Assembly (NCBI GenBank): GCA_947449035.1
Contig: CANFQC010000005.1
Coordinates: forward strand, 6,765 to 70,764
Direction: 5' to 3'
Source: Actinomycetota bacterium
Lineage (GTDB): Bacteria; Actinomycetota; Actinomycetes; S36-B12
Length of the DNA stretch: 64,000 bases
The position numbers and the translations under genes were made by a program. Under the pieces are notes generated by a model. The model did no database searches, was not told the DNA's origin, and worked only from the letters and a program-made list of their open reading frames with translations. Positions 47,018 to 57,959 of this stretch are shown in pieces (position 1 is the first letter of the stretch; every line of letters starts with the position of its first letter).

Positions 47018-48169
47018 TCAGCCAATGGAAGCGCCGGTGACAGCGCTGACGATCTTGCCGATGCCGAAGGTCACGGCAGCCGCGCCGACACCCCACATCA
47101 GCTGGCGACCCACGGAGAAGAACACATTGCGGCCGGAGAGCTTTCCGACTGTGGCACCGACGAGGATCATCGCGAGCAGCGAGAGACAGATGGCGGTGAT
47201 CAGCGCAGCAGTTCCGGTGAGGAAGAAGTACGGAAGTACGACGAAGGAAGCGCCGACCGCGAAGGAGATGAAACTCGAGATAGCGACCTTGACCGGCGAG
47301 CCGAGTTCGTCGGGATCCAGGCCGAGTTCCTCGCGTGCCAAGGTCTCAAGTGCCATCTTGGGATCAGACATGATCTGAGATGCGGTCTGAGCGGCGATCT
47401 CGCGAGAGATGCCCTTGGCGCGGTAGATGAGTTCGAGTTCCTTCTGTTCCTCGGCCGGGTTATCACGCAGTTCGGAAGCTTCCATCTCGATCTCGCGACG
47501 GAAGAGATCTCGCTGGCTGGCCACACTCACGTACTCGCCGGCGGCCATGGAGAAGGCGCCGGCAAACAGGCCTGCAAGTCCGGCGAAAAGCACCGTGCTG
47601 TTCGCGGTCTGGGCGCCCGCGAATCCCATGACCAGTGCCGTGTTGGACACGAGGCCGTCGCTGATGCCGAACACTGCGGCGCGGATGGAGCCCGAGCGAT
47701 CAGTGCGGTGCCACTTCTCGCCATTGCTTGGGCTCAGTACTCGATGCGGTGCGCGACCTTGCAGCACGAGTTTTGAGGGATCCTCGCGCATCAGGCGAAG
47801 TGCCTCGGCGTGCGCGCGCTCGTCATCGCTCATGCCAAGCGGTGCCTCAGGCTCGTCGTCATACATGCCCGATGCTGCGCCTTCGACATCTTCGAGCGTC
47901 TGAAGCACTCCATCGAGCCCAGCTGCGCGCGCACGTGCGAGTAGGCCCGCATCGTTGGGATCGAGGTCCAAAGGTGCAGGAGGAACGGCAATTCCGTACT
48001 CCTGCAGTTTATCCACCCAGTGCGCGGCATGATGCTCTTCGATCTCAGCAAGCTCGAGCAACGCTTCGCGACGATCACCGTCGGTGGTCTCAGCCAGCGC
48101 GCGATACAGCAGAACTGCGTTGCGCTCGGCCTCGAGGTATCCGAGGAATCGCTTGGGGTCTTGGCTCAT
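47018..48169 (-). CDS. Ferritin-like (erythrin) domain fused to a VIT1/CCC1 membrane domain (MbfA-type Fe/Mn exporter)
   Basis: N-terminal four-helix-bundle-like ExxH region (LAEIEEHHAAHW, ERAHAEAL). C-terminal VIT1 signature (AAVFGISDGLVSNTALVMG) with 5 TM helices. Confidence 0.72.
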   Translation of the reverse strand: MSQDPKRFLGYLEAERNAVLLYRALAETTDGDRREALLELAEIEEHHAAHWVDKLQEYGIAVPPAPLDLDPNDAGLLARARAAGLDGVLQTLEDVEGAASGMYDDEPEAPLGMSDDERAHAEALRLMREDPSKLVLQGRAPHRVLSPSNGEKWHRTDRSGSIRAAVFGISDGLVSNTALVMGFAGAQTANSTVLFAGLAGLFAGAFSMAAGEYVSVASQRDLFRREIEMEASELRDNPAEEQKELELIYRAKGISREIAAQTASQIMSDPKMALETLAREELGLDPDELGSPVKVAISSFISFAVGASFVVLPYFFLTGTAALITAICLSLLAMILVGATVGKLSGRNVFFSVGRQLMWGVGAAAVTFGIGKIVSAVTGASIG

Positions 48170-48171
48170 GA

Positions 48172-50928
48172 TCAGCCTGAACCTTCGGTGTTGCCTGCAT
48201 CGGCTGCAGACGGATCATCGAGTGAGTAGCGATCGACGGCTTCGCGAAGTCGATTCCGATCGAACTGACCCTGCTTGGCCAGCATCGTGAGCGCTTGAAC
48301 CGTGATCGACTCGCCGTCGACCAGGAAGTGACGACGCAGTGCGCCACGAGTGTCAGACATGCCCCACCCATCAGTGCCGAGCGAGACGAACTCCTGCGGA
48401 ACCCATTCGCGGATTTGATCCTGCACGGCGCGCATCCAGTCAGAGACCGCGACAACCGGCCCCTGACGACCTTCCAGGCGCTGAGTTACGTACGGAATTC
48501 GCTGCTCGGCATCGGGGTTGAGGAAGTTGAAGCGATCTGTCGCAAGTCCATCGCGACGAAGCTCATTCCAGGAGGTCACCGACCAGACATCGGCGAAGAC
48601 GCCCCACTGCTCGCGCAGGAGTTCTTGTGCCTTTAGCGCCCAGTTCACGCCGACACCGCTGGCGAGCAGCTGCACGTGCGGACCATCACCGTGCGATTCG
48701 CTGACCAGATGCATGCCACGCAGAATCCCGTCGACGTCAACGTTCTCCGGCTCGGCAGGCTGCGGGTATGGCTCGTTGTAGATAGTGAGGTAGTAGTAGA
48801 TGTCCTCTGGGCTTTCGCCATACATGCGACGCAGGCCGTCCTTGACGATGTGACCGAGCTCGTAACCGAATGCCGGGTCGTATGCGACGACGGCGGGGTT
48901 GGTTGCTGCGAGCAGCAGCGAGTGACCGTCTTCGTGCTGCAGGCCCTCACCGTTGAGTGTGGTGCGACCTGCAGTGGCACCGAGCACGAAGCCGCGAGCC
49001 ATTTGGTCCATGGCTGCCCAGAAGGCATCGCCGGTGCGCTGGAACCCGAACATCGAGTATAAGATGTAGATCGGGATAACTGCTTCGCCGTGAGTGGAGT
49101 ACGACGTGCCTGCTGCAGTGAACGAGGCGACGGAGCCGGCCTCATTGATCCCCTCATGCAGGATCTGCCCGGTGACAGACTCCTTGTACGACAGCATCAA
49201 CTCGCGATCGACGGAGATGTACTGCTGTCCGTGCGGGGAGTAGATCTTCGCGGTCGGGAACATGGCATCCATGCCGAAGGTGCGCGCTTCATCGGGAATG
49301 ATCGGCACGAACCGATGACCGATGTTCTCGTCCTTCATCAAGTCCTTCAGCAAGCGGACGAAGGCCATCGTGGTGGCCACCGACTGCTTGCCCGAGCCGC
49401 GACGTACGACCTCGTAGGCGTCATCGCCTGGCAAGGTCAAGGGCTTCGCGACATTGCGACGAGTGGGGACCGAGCCGCCGAGCTTGCTGCGGGTCTCGTT
49501 CACGTAGTGCATGACATCGCTGTCGGGGCCGGGGTGGAAGTACGGCGGCAGGTACGGGTCAAGTTGCGAGTCAGGGATCGGGATCTCCATGAGATCGCGG
49601 AAGTCCTTGAGATCGTCAAGCGAGAGCTTCTTCATCTGGTGGGTGGAGTTGCGGCCCTCGAAGTGCGAACCGAGAGTCCATCCCTTGATGGTGTGAGCCA
49701 AGATGACGGTCGGCTGACCCTTCGTGGCGTTCGCAGCCTCGTACGCGGCATACAGCTTGCGGTAATCGTGACCACCTCGACGCAGTGACCAGATCTCCTC
49801 GTCGCTCCAGCCCTCGACCAGTTTGGCCGTGCGCGGATCGCGTCCGAAGAAGTTATCGCGCACGAATGCGCCGCTCTCGGACTTGTAGGTCTGGAAGTCG
49901 CCGTCAGGCGTTGCGTTCATCAAGTTGACGAGGGCACCATCGCGGTCAGCAGCGAGGAGTTCATCCCAACGACGGCCCCAGATCACCTTGATGACATTCC
50001 AGCCTGCGCCGCGGAACAAGCTCTCGAGTTCCTGGATGATCTTGCCGTTACCGCGCACGGGGCCATCGAGTCGCTGCAGGTTGCAGTTGACGACGAACAC
50101 GAGGTTGTCGAGCTCCTCGCGTGCGGCCAGACCGATCGCACCTACGGCATCGACCTCATCGGTCTCACCGTCTCCGAGGAAGGCCCACACCTTCTGGTCC
50201 GAGGCATCCTTGATGCCGCGATGGGTGATGTACTTGTTGAAGCGTGCCTGGTAGATCGCGTTCAGCGGACCGATGCCCATCGACACGGTCGGGAACTGCC
50301 AGAACCACGGCAGCAGACGCGGATGCGGGTATGACGGCAGGCCGCCACCGGGATGCGAGACCTCCTGGCGGAAGCCATCGAGCTGATGCTCGGTTAGACG
50401 ACCTTCGAGGAAGGCGCGGGCGTAGATGCCGGGGGATGCGTGACCTTGGAAGAAGACCTGGTCGCCGCCGCTGGGGTGATCGGGGCCGCGGAAGAAGTGG
50501 TTGAAGCCGACCTCGTACAGCGACGCGGACGATGCGTAGCTGGAGATATGACCGCCGACGGAGATGCCGGGGCGCTGTGCGCGATGCACCATGATCGCGG
50601 CATTCCAGCGGATGATCTGGCGGATGCGATGCTCAACTTCTTCGTCACCGGGGAACCATGGCTCGCGCTCCGGCGGGATGGTGTTGATGTAGTCGGTGCT
50701 GCGCAGGCTGGGAAGGCCGACATTGCGCTCCGCGGCTCGTCGCAGCAGCGACAGCATCACATAGCGCGCGCGGTAGTTTCCGCCCTCGTTGACCAGCTGG
50801 TCGAAGGACTCGACCCATTCCGAGGTCTCATCGGGGTCGACATCGACGTACTGAGTGGGCAGACCACCCGCGAGTAGCGGGTCGCGATCGCGTCCGGGGG
50901 CCACGTATTCCCTTTCGAAGGCCGGCAC
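48172..50928 (-). CDS. aceE: Pyruvate dehydrogenase E1 component (homodimeric AceE type)
   Basis: 918 aa. ThDP motif region (GDGETDE...[12 protein letters not shown]). N-terminus DPDETSEW, as in AceE. Confidence 0.95.
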   Translation of the reverse strand: MPAFEREYVAPGRDRDPLLAGGLPTQYVDVDPDETSEWVESFDQLVNEGGNYRARYVMLSLLRRAAERNVGLPSLRSTDYINTIPPEREPWFPGDEEVEHRIRQIIRWNAAIMVHRAQRPGISVGGHISSYASSASLYEVGFNHFFRGPDHPSGGDQVFFQGHASPGIYARAFLEGRLTEHQLDGFRQEVSHPGGGLPSYPHPRLLPWFWQFPTVSMGIGPLNAIYQARFNKYITHRGIKDASDQKVWAFLGDGETDEVDAVGAIGLAAREELDNLVFVVNCNLQRLDGPVRGNGKIIQELESLFRGAGWNVIKVIWGRRWDELLAADRDGALVNLMNATPDGDFQTYKSESGAFVRDNFFGRDPRTAKLVEGWSDEEIWSLRRGGHDYRKLYAAYEAANATKGQPTVILAHTIKGWTLGSHFEGRNSTHQMKKLSLDDLKDFRDLMEIPIPDSQLDPYLPPYFHPGPDSDVMHYVNETRSKLGGSVPTRRNVAKPLTLPGDDAYEVVRRGSGKQSVATTMAFVRLLKDLMKDENIGHRFVPIIPDEARTFGMDAMFPTAKIYSPHGQQYISVDRELMLSYKESVTGQILHEGINEAGSVASFTAAGTSYSTHGEAVIPIYILYSMFGFQRTGDAFWAAMDQMARGFVLGATAGRTTLNGEGLQHEDGHSLLLAATNPAVVAYDPAFGYELGHIVKDGLRRMYGESPEDIYYYLTIYNEPYPQPAEPENVDVDGILRGMHLVSESHGDGPHVQLLASGVGVNWALKAQELLREQWGVFADVWSVTSWNELRRDGLATDRFNFLNPDAEQRIPYVTQRLEGRQGPVVAVSDWMRAVQDQIREWVPQEFVSLGTDGWGMSDTRGALRRHFLVDGESITVQALTMLAKQGQFDRNRLREAVDRYSLDDPSAADAGNTEGSG

Positions 50929-51223
50929 TTCGGGGTCTCCGAGTGGCCGGGGGTATGGACAGGGGCGGTGCAGGGCCGAGCAAGAGCAGGACAGGGGTTA
51001 CCAGTTCCCCCTAATCCTTCCACGCCACGCGTCGCGATGCATAAAGGGGAGTAAACGGGGGAATTCATCACCTCAGTTCGGCCTTTTTATTGGCCGAGTT
51101 CGGCTCGACTTCGGCCTTGTCGCTTGCGCTGGGCCGCCCAGCGGTGTGGACTAACGACCACAGCGGGCCGAGCGGCCTGCGGGCACGGGTGGTGAGCCCG
51201 GCTCATGACGATAAGGAGATCTC

Positions 51224-51649
51224 GTGACCGCCGCAGGCGATCTCGACGAGGCACGTATGCGTGCCAGTCGGCTAGGGCTCGAAGAGGGCCAGACCGTCCA
51301 GGAGATCGGCTACGACGACGATGTCGACGAAGCCCTGCGCACCGGTATCGAGGCCGTTATCGCCGGCGAACTTGTCGATGAGGATTTCGATGAAGTTGTC
51401 GATGTCGTGCTCATGTGGTGGCGCGAGGACGACGGTGACCTGGTTGATGCCCTGATGGACTCACTCGGACTTCTGGCCGACCACGGCGTCGTGTGGCTGC
51501 TTACCCCGAAGCCCGGTCGCGATGGTCACGTCGAGGCCGAGGATATTTCTGACGCAGCACCGACCGCCGGTCTGCAGCAGACCAGCACTGTCAGTGCCGG
51601 TGCCAATTGGCAGGGCACTCGACTTGTTGCCCCGCGCGCCAAGCGCTAG
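51224..51649 (+). CDS. DUF3052 domain protein (Rv2239c-like)
   Basis: LGLEEGQTVQEIGYDDDVD..., VVLMWWREDDGDL, and the conserved neighbourhood aceE/DUF3052/ahpE. Confidence 0.7.
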   Translation: MTAAGDLDEARMRASRLGLEEGQTVQEIGYDDDVDEALRTGIEAVIAGELVDEDFDEVVDVVLMWWREDDGDLVDALMDSLGLLADHGVVWLLTPKPGRDGHVEAEDISDAAPTAGLQQTSTVSAGANWQGTRLVAPRAKR

Positions 51650-51656
51650 TTCGCGA

Positions 51657-52115
51657 ATGACTGTGGAGGCGGGACAGCCCGCTCCTGAGTTCACGCTCAC
51701 CAATCAGTTTGGTGAATCGATCTCGCTTGCTGACTTCCGTGGCAAGAAGAACGTCGTCTTGATGTTCTATCCGTTCGCCTTCACGAGTACGTGCACCGGC
51801 GAGCTCTGCGCACTACGCGACAGCCAGGCAGACTTCGAGGCCGACGAGGCGGTGATTCTCAGCGTCTCCTGCGATACCCCGCACACGCTGAAGGTGTACG
51901 CCAAGCAGGAGAACCTCGTGCATTCGCTGCTCAGTGACTTCTGGCCGCATGGCGAGGTTGCTCGGGCCTATGGCGTCTTCCTCCCGGAGAAGGGCTTTGC
52001 CACTCGCGGCACCTTCGTCATCGATAAGGCGGGCATTGTGCGCTGGAGCGTCATTAACCCACCGGGTGAGGCGCGAAGTGCCGATGAGTACAAGGCGGCC
52101 CTGGCCGCTCTCTGA
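51657..52115 (+). CDS. ahpE: 1-Cys peroxiredoxin AhpE
   Basis: Near-colinear with M. tuberculosis AhpE: APEFTL.NQ, FYPFAFTSTCTGELC, LLSDFWPHGEVARAYGVF, RGTFVIDKAGIVRW. Upstream ORF extension rejected. Confidence 0.88.
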   Translation: MTVEAGQPAPEFTLTNQFGESISLADFRGKKNVVLMFYPFAFTSTCTGELCALRDSQADFEADEAVILSVSCDTPHTLKVYAKQENLVHSLLSDFWPHGEVARAYGVFLPEKGFATRGTFVIDKAGIVRWSVINPPGEARSADEYKAALAAL

Positions 52116-52170
52116 GAGCAAGCGGGCAGTTTTCTTGCCTCGAGATGAACGCGATAGCCTCATCCCTCCC

Positions 52171-52247
52171 GGGTGATTAGCTCAGTTGGTTAGAGCGCTG
52201 CCCTTACAAGGCAGATGTCGGGGGTTCGAGTCCCTCATCACCCACCA
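52171..52247 (+). tRNA. tRNA-Val (anticodon TAC), 3' CCA encoded
   Basis: The cloverleaf can be read by eye. Acceptor GGGTGAT/ATCACCC, D-arm GCTC-AGTTGGTTA-GAGC, anticodon arm CTGCC-CTTACAA-GGCAG, T-arm GGGGG-TTCGAGT-CCCTC, discriminator A plus CCA. Confidence 0.95.
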
Positions 52248-52270
52248 TTAATGCTCGGTAGCCTTCACCC

Positions 52271-53071
52271 ATGGCTACCGTCCGCGAGCTCATCACCTCC
52301 CTCGACGCCGCCTATCCGCAGTGGCTGGCCGAGGACTGGGATGCTGTCGGGCTCACCTGCGGTCGACTAGACGTCGAGGTCGACACGGTTTTGCTTGCGG
52401 TTGATCCGCTTCCGCAGATCGTCGAGGAGGCCATTGCGTGCGGTGCGCAGTTGATCGTCACTCATCATCCGCTTTTCCTACGCGGAGTTCATGGCGTTGC
52501 CGCGACGAACGCCAAGGGTGAGGTTGTCACTAGGTGCATTGAGAATGGCATCGCGCTTTTCAGCGCTCACACGAATGCTGATCACGCCAACCCCGGTGTG
52601 AGTGATGCGCTTGCTCAGGCCTTTGGGCTCACTGACCTTCGTCCGCTCGTGCCGGATGCTCGAGACTCCACTCTCGGTACAGGGCGCATCGGAACCCTGA
52701 CTAATGCGATGAGCCTCGAATCATTCGGATCACTTGTGGCAGGCGCACTGCCCGCGACCGCGCATGGCGTGCGCATTGCCGGTGATCTTGATTCCCAGGT
52801 GCGCACGGTGGCCGTGTGCGGCGGGGCGGGGGATTCGTTCCTCGAGGCCGCAGCTGAAGTCGCCGATGTGTATGTGACCTCAGATCTTCGTCATCATCGT
52901 GCCCAGGATCACCTCGTTGACGGTGGATGCGCCCTGGTGGACGTGGCTCACTGGGCGAGTGAGTGGCCCTGGCTGCGGCAAGCTGCTGCCGTGATCGGCG
53001 GTACGGTACGAACGGTCGTCTCGACCACACCTACGGATCCGTGGGCCGCACACCTAGGGAGCACCTCGTGA
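52271..53071 (+). CDS. Nif3-like dinuclear-metal-centre protein (GTP cyclohydrolase 1 type 2 homologue; Rv2230c-like)
   Basis: EDWDAVGL, VTHHPLF, AHTNAD and the C-terminal ..HWASEW.. motifs. Confidence 0.85.
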   Translation: MATVRELITSLDAAYPQWLAEDWDAVGLTCGRLDVEVDTVLLAVDPLPQIVEEAIACGAQLIVTHHPLFLRGVHGVAATNAKGEVVTRCIENGIALFSAHTNADHANPGVSDALAQAFGLTDLRPLVPDARDSTLGTGRIGTLTNAMSLESFGSLVAGALPATAHGVRIAGDLDSQVRTVAVCGGAGDSFLEAAAEVADVYVTSDLRHHRAQDHLVDGGCALVDVAHWASEWPWLRQAAAVIGGTVRTVVSTTPTDPWAAHLGSTS

Positions 53072-53811
53072 ACGCCGAACCGCAAGACCAGTGGCGCCTC
53101 CTCGATCTCCAGGAGAAGGACACCAGGCTCTCGCAGCTCGCGCATCGCGCCGCGACCCTCCCGGAGGCAACGGCTCTCGTCGATCTCGACACTCGTTTCG
53201 CGCGCACTCGAGATGAGCTCGTGGCCGCCGAGGTCATCGCCGACGATCTCAAGCGCGACCAGGACCGAGCCGAGGCCGACGTCGAGCAGGTACGCGCGCG
53301 CTCACTCCATGATCAGGAGCTGCTCAACGGCGGCTCGATCGGCGACCCGAAGCAGCTTCAGAACCTCCAGCACGAGATCGAATCGCTCGCCCGCCGACAA
53401 AGCGAGCTTGAAGACGTCGAGCTCGAGATCATGGATCGCGTCGAGGGTGCGCTGGCTGCCGTCACGCAGCTCGCCGGGCAGAAGGCTGAGCTGGCCGCAG
53501 AGCGTGAGGCACTTGCCGAGACTGTGCGTGTGCTGCACGAGGAGATCGAGGCTGAGAAGTCGATGGTCACCGCGGATCGTGCTCGCATCGCCGATGGCAT
53601 TCCGGCCGATCTTCTCGCTCTGTACGAGAAAATCCGCCTCGATCACTCCGGTGTCGGCGCAGCTCGGCTTTACCGCGGTCGCTGCGAAGGATGCCGACTC
53701 GAGCTCCCGCCGAACGAGATCGAGGCCCTTCGTAACGCGAACGTTTCCGCGGTCGTGCGCTGCGAAGAGTGCCGCCGCATTCTCGTTCGTACTGCTGAGT
53801 CCGGTCTCTGA
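53068..53811 (+). CDS. Coiled-coil plus C4 zinc-ribbon protein (DUF164/Rv2229c-like)
   Basis: Long heptad-rich region, then CEGCRLELPPNE...VVRCEECRRIL. The GTG overlaps the Nif3 stop (GTGA). Confidence 0.75.
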   Translation: MNAEPQDQWRLLDLQEKDTRLSQLAHRAATLPEATALVDLDTRFARTRDELVAAEVIADDLKRDQDRAEADVEQVRARSLHDQELLNGGSIGDPKQLQNLQHEIESLARRQSELEDVELEIMDRVEGALAAVTQLAGQKAELAAEREALAETVRVLHEEIEAEKSMVTADRARIADGIPADLLALYEKIRLDHSGVGAARLYRGRCEGCRLELPPNEIEALRNANVSAVVRCEECRRILVRTAESGL

Positions 53812-53813
53812 TC

Positions 53814-55025
53814 GTGTCACGTTCGCTGATCGTCGAAGCCGACGGCGGCTCACGGGGCAACCCCGGTCCCGCTGCCTACGGAACTGTCGTGCGTGATGCG
53901 ACCACAGGTGAGCTGCTCTTCGAGATCGGCGAGTACATCGGAAGTGCCACCAACAATGTCGCCGAGTATCGCGGGGCCATTGCAGGCTTGAGGAAAGCAT
54001 TCGAGATTGCTGCCGATGCGCGAGTTGAGGTGCGCCTTGATTCAAAGCTCGTCGTCGAGCAGATGAGTGGCCGTTGGCAGATCAAGCACCCCGATATGCG
54101 TGAACTCGCCAAGGAGGCCCGCGCGATCTTCGCTGCAGGTCAGGTCATGTACACCTGGGTGCCGCGCGCAGAGAACGCGGCGGCTGATCGCATGGTCAAC
54201 GAAGCGCTCGATCAGGCTTTGGCAGGCGGTGCACCACTCATCGTTCGCGAACGCGGCGCCTTACTGGTCGAAGCGCTCGTGCGTGAGGCCGCCGATGTCG
54301 TCGGTGATGCCGCAGAGCAAGGCGCGCAGGGAAGCCCCGGCAAGGCCACGGCTGCCAATCGCATGGTCGGCTGGAGCGACCTCGGCGCACCCACCACGTT
54401 GCTTCTGGCTCGTCACGGCGCTACTGACTTCAGTGTCGAGAAGCGTTTTAGCGGAATCGGTGGCATAGACAAGCCGCTCAATGAGCTCGGAAATGCGCAG
54501 GCTCAGGCACTCGCCCGCGAGATCGCCGAGCGCGGTGGCGCCGATGTCATCGTGGCCTCGCCTTTGCTGCGCACGCAGCAGACTGCCGCCTATGTCTCCG
54601 AGGCCATCGGAGTTTCGGTTGAGCTCGATGAGGGCTTTGCAGAATGCGCCTTCGGCGAATGGGATGCCTTCACGTTTTCCGAGGTGCGCGAGCGCTGGCC
54701 CGAGCAGCTCAATGCCTGGCTTGCCTCGACTGAGGTGGCTCCGCCAGGTGGTGAGTCATTTGCTGACGTCAACCGTCGCGTAGAGGCAGCACGTCGCGGC
54801 GTACTCGAGCGTCACGCAGGCAAGCGCGTCATCATCGTCGCGCACGTGACTCCGATCAAGGTGATGGTCAGCCAGGCGCTCGAAACCGATCTCACCTTGC
54901 TGTTCAAGATGGAACTCTCGCCGTGCTCGCTGACCACGTTGGCCTGGTTCCCCGACGGCAATGCATCAATGTTCGGCTTCTCTGAGGCTGCGCATCTGCG
55001 TGGCGTGCACACGCCCGATATCTAG
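53814..55025 (+). CDS. Bifunctional RNase H / histidine-phosphatase (acid phosphatase/CobC-like), Rv2228c type
   Basis: N-terminal RNase HI fold (EADGGSRGNPGPAAYG, NNVAEY, N..AD). C-terminal RHG phosphatase motif (LLARHGATDFS) and ...VAHV... Confidence 0.85.
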   Translation: MSRSLIVEADGGSRGNPGPAAYGTVVRDATTGELLFEIGEYIGSATNNVAEYRGAIAGLRKAFEIAADARVEVRLDSKLVVEQMSGRWQIKHPDMRELAKEARAIFAAGQVMYTWVPRAENAAADRMVNEALDQALAGGAPLIVRERGALLVEALVREAADVVGDAAEQGAQGSPGKATAANRMVGWSDLGAPTTLLLARHGATDFSVEKRFSGIGGIDKPLNELGNAQAQALAREIAERGGADVIVASPLLRTQQTAAYVSEAIGVSVELDEGFAECAFGEWDAFTFSEVRERWPEQLNAWLASTEVAPPGGESFADVNRRVEAARRGVLERHAGKRVIIVAHVTPIKVMVSQALETDLTLLFKMELSPCSLTTLAWFPDGNASMFGFSEAAHLRGVHTPDI

Positions 55026-55032
55026 TCGCGGA

Positions 55033-55809
55033 TCAGATTTCCGGCACGATGATGTCGAGCGTGGCGGGTAGACCCGCCTTCTTCGACTCGCTGAGTTCGC
55101 ACCTCCATTTCAGTTCTCTCAGAGTCTTCATCAACGCATCGATCGTGGCTGGTGGCGCACTTCGCTCAATCAGAGCTCGTACGAGCCGCCCCTTGCTTGC
55201 CTTGTTGTGATGACTCACGACCGAACGCTTGCCATTCTTCTCCAGCAAGATGCGCGCACTGACGGTTCGTGACGCAGCCTCCGCGGGGATAGGCCCGAGG
55301 TTCGCGTACATCTGAGAGCGCAGGTCGATGATCACGCCTGATGTCTGGTTGATGACCTCTCCGACCAAATCTCGCCAATGAGCGGCGGGCGCGCCGATAC
55401 CTGGAAGTGAGACATCCCCACTGAGTCGATAGGCCGGAATTAAGTCACCGGGTCGCACGAGCCCGAAGAGCGCGGATGAGATCACGGTGGAGGCCTGCAA
55501 GCGGCGCCTTGCCGGCTTGCCGAGGGAGGTGACGTCGAGGGCGTCGAAGAGCACGCCGGTGTAGACCTCAATGGCCGGTGCGCAGGGAGCCTTGCGCAGA
55601 TGCGCATTGACGCGCACCTCATCTGCTTGGGTCGGGCCAAGGCCCAAGATTGCGGCAGCCTTCGGGTTCTTGGTGCACAAGTCGACCAACGCCTTGAGGG
55701 TCGACGTGCGAAGCCGAGCTAGCTCAGGGAAGCTCAGACCTGCTAGATCGAGCGTGGGACCTGCTGTCGGCGAGGTCTTGCCCTCACTAGGGGGCAACAG
55801 GATGAGCAC
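55033..55809 (-). CDS. yaaA: Peroxide-stress protein YaaA (DUF328)
   Basis: N-terminus MLILLPPSEGK. AIEVYTGVLFDAL. Confidence 0.85.
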   Translation of the reverse strand: MLILLPPSEGKTSPTAGPTLDLAGLSFPELARLRTSTLKALVDLCTKNPKAAAILGLGPTQADEVRVNAHLRKAPCAPAIEVYTGVLFDALDVTSLGKPARRRLQASTVISSALFGLVRPGDLIPAYRLSGDVSLPGIGAPAAHWRDLVGEVINQTSGVIIDLRSQMYANLGPIPAEAASRTVSARILLEKNGKRSVVSHHNKASKGRLVRALIERSAPPATIDALMKTLRELKWRCELSESKKAGLPATLDIIVPEI

Positions 55810-55849
55810 GCCTGGACGCTACCCGAGTACCGCATGGCATGCTCACTTC

Positions 55850-56227
55850 ATGAAGCTCGCACTCGCAGGTGTCGCCGTCGCGGTCGTTGTGCTGAGCGGC
55901 TGCTCGGGATCCTCGGCTCAGCCTGATGCCTCCTGCGACTCCGGCACTTTGCAAAGTACGTTCGAGATGATCCTGCATGACTCGGACATGACTCTTGCTT
56001 CTGTCGACTCCGTCGAATGCAGCGGGGAGTGGGCCGTCATGCACGCGACGCTTTCCGGCGAGGGTGCGAGCGGTGCTTCCGAGCCGTCGATCTTCGAGAG
56101 AGTAGGTGCCGATTGGGTGCTGAAGGCCCCGGAGAACGTGTGCGGCACATTCGCGCCAGGTGATGCCCGACCTAACGACGCAGTCGTGCCGGAGTCACTC
56201 TGGGAATCCGGCTGCTCGATCCTCTAG
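55850..56227 (+). CDS. Small lipoprotein, unknown function
   Basis: Signal peptide and lipobox MKLALAGVAVAVVVLSGC. 125 aa with two further Cys pairs. The upstream ORF portion overlaps yaaA and was rejected. Confidence 0.6.
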   Translation: MKLALAGVAVAVVVLSGCSGSSAQPDASCDSGTLQSTFEMILHDSDMTLASVDSVECSGEWAVMHATLSGEGASGASEPSIFERVGADWVLKAPENVCGTFAPGDARPNDAVVPESLWESGCSIL

Positions 56228-57735
56228 ATCGTCCCGGCACTCAGGCCGTCAAGAACGTCGCGTGCGCGAGCACGCACGTCATCAAGATCCGAGAGTCGAT
56301 CGAGGCCAGCGAATTGCTGGGCCATTCGGTGATTGCCCTTCAAGGTCGCCCGATTGCGATCGAGGAAATCCCAGTAGAGGGTCGTGAGCGGGCAGGCGGT
56401 CTCGCCAACGCGCTTTCCGGGATCGTAAACGCACCCTGAACAAAAGCGCCCCATGCGCTTTACGTAGGCCCCTCCAGCTGCGTAAGGCTTGGTCATCATC
56501 GCGCCGCCATCCGCATGCAGGCCCATGCCGATCACGTTCGGCACCATCACCCAGTCCGCAGCATCGATGAACATCGCTTTCATCCAGTCGAGGAATTCCT
56601 GGGGGCGAACGCCCGCGATGAGTGCAAGATTGCTGAGAACCATTAGGCGTGGGATGTGATGAGCCCAACCCCGATCCATGACATCAGAAACAACGGATGA
56701 CGCGCAGGCCATCTTCGTCTGCGAAGGTTCGCTCAATAGCGGTAGCAGCGGTCGATCTGCCCGCAGCTCATTGGAGTTTCGGTAGTTGTCCTCGAAGAGC
56801 CAGTAGACACCGTTCACATACTCGCGCCACCCGATGACCTGGCGGATGAAACCCTCGGCCGAGGCGAGCGGGATACCGCCTTGGTGAAACCTCTCGACTA
56901 CTGCGTCAACTACCTCACGTGCGGTGATGAGTCCCAGATTCAAGTACGGGCTCAGCAGTGAATGATTGACCGACCATGAGTCGCGGGGCATTGCATCCTC
57001 GTACGGCCCGAAGTCGACGAGTGACGTGTCGAGAAAGTACGCGAGCTGGCGCAGTGCGCCGGCACGTGTCGTGGCCCATGTGCCATTGGGCGCGGCGCCG
57101 GTAATCGGAAGCTCGCGATCGATGATCGACTGCCATACCCGCTCATCGATGTCGTCAGGCTCGTGACGCAAAGGCTCGGGCCACGGGTGCGCGCCCTTCG
57201 GCGGTGGCAGTCGGTTCTCCTTGTCGAGATTCCACGTGCCCCCGACAGGCGCACCGTGCTCCACCAAGATGCCCAGCCGCGTGCGCTGCCACCGGTAGAA
57301 GGTCTCCATCACCAACGGTCTGCGGTCACCTGCCCAAGCGCGAAACTCCTCGCGCGAGGTCAGGAAGGTGTCATCGGGCACGAGTTCGACCCCGTACTCG
57401 AGCAAGGCTCGTTGGGACGATGACGAACTGGGCTGAGTGCAGCGGATCCGCGCATCGGGATGCTCGCGGCGAAATGCCTCGATGCCCGCGCGCATCGAAG
57501 GCGCCGAGATCGAGTGGACGGTGTATCCCTGACTTCTCAGTTCCTGTTCGACGTGCGCTGATGCCGACAGGAGGAGGAAGAGGCGCTGAGCGTGCCAAGT
57601 GCGCGAGCGCAGCATCTGCTCGCTCTCGATCAGCAGGATCTCGGTTGTCTTCGGTGCAGCCCCGGCCATCGCGGAGTGAGAGAGGCTGAGGCGGTCGTAG
57701 GGGAGTAGTACGACATCGGTCATGCGCGCCGGCAC
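56224..57735 (-). CDS. Cryptochrome/photolyase-family protein of the FeS-BCP / PhrB ((6-4) photolyase-like) class
   Basis: COG3046-type layout. The Cys set MACASS plus CSGCVYDPGKRVGETAC (C-x2-C-x12-C) matches the [4Fe-4S] ligands of PhrB/CryB. Confidence 0.8.
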   Translation of the reverse strand: MPARMTDVVLLPYDRLSLSHSAMAGAAPKTTEILLIESEQMLRSRTWHAQRLFLLLSASAHVEQELRSQGYTVHSISAPSMRAGIEAFRREHPDARIRCTQPSSSSSQRALLEYGVELVPDDTFLTSREEFRAWAGDRRPLVMETFYRWQRTRLGILVEHGAPVGGTWNLDKENRLPPPKGAHPWPEPLRHEPDDIDERVWQSIIDRELPITGAAPNGTWATTRAGALRQLAYFLDTSLVDFGPYEDAMPRDSWSVNHSLLSPYLNLGLITAREVVDAVVERFHQGGIPLASAEGFIRQVIGWREYVNGVYWLFEDNYRNSNELRADRPLLPLLSEPSQTKMACASSVVSDVMDRGWAHHIPRLMVLSNLALIAGVRPQEFLDWMKAMFIDAADWVMVPNVIGMGLHADGGAMMTKPYAAGGAYVKRMGRFCSGCVYDPGKRVGETACPLTTLYWDFLDRNRATLKGNHRMAQQFAGLDRLSDLDDVRARARDVLDGLSAGTI

Positions 57736-57881
57736 TTCTCGGAGCAGTACTTCACTGAATCCCAGTTAGCCGCCCACGCCTTGCGCCATTCCATGGGCCG
57801 CTTGCAGGCCTGGCAGATCTTGGGGGCGAAGCCGTTCTTCGTGCGCGCCTCACGAGTGGAGGGCTGGCGGCGATCGGGCAC
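57720..57881 (-). CDS. DUF2256 zinc-ribbon small protein (53 aa)
   Basis: KICQACKRPMEWRKAWAANWDSVKYCSEKC. GTG start with a GAGGA RBS 7 nt upstream. Its 3' end overlaps the photolyase start by 16 nt. The rest of the 157-aa ORF lies over rnpB and was rejected. Confidence 0.6.
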   Translation of the reverse strand: MPDRRQPSTREARTKNGFAPKICQACKRPMEWRKAWAANWDSVKYCSEKCRRA

Positions 57882-57959
57882 GGTTGATCCTCGCACCCCA
57901 GCAGGGCTGACGCATCTGTGAGTGGACCGAGTGCCCCAAAAGCGCGTAGCCTGCTCAGC

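Noticed and set aside
50929-51223. Long (~295 nt) aceE upstream region as a candidate structured RNA or sRNA locus
   Set aside because: It contains a small hairpin (tcggcc-N8-ggccga) and G/C runs, but nothing I can match to a known actinobacterial RNA family (6C, Ms1, ydaO and others). It was left uncalled.
52256-52280. 8-bp hairpin (cggtagcc/ggctaccg) after tRNA-Val that overlaps the Nif3 start codon
   Set aside because: It is too short and unremarkable to call as a terminator or translational control element without expression data.
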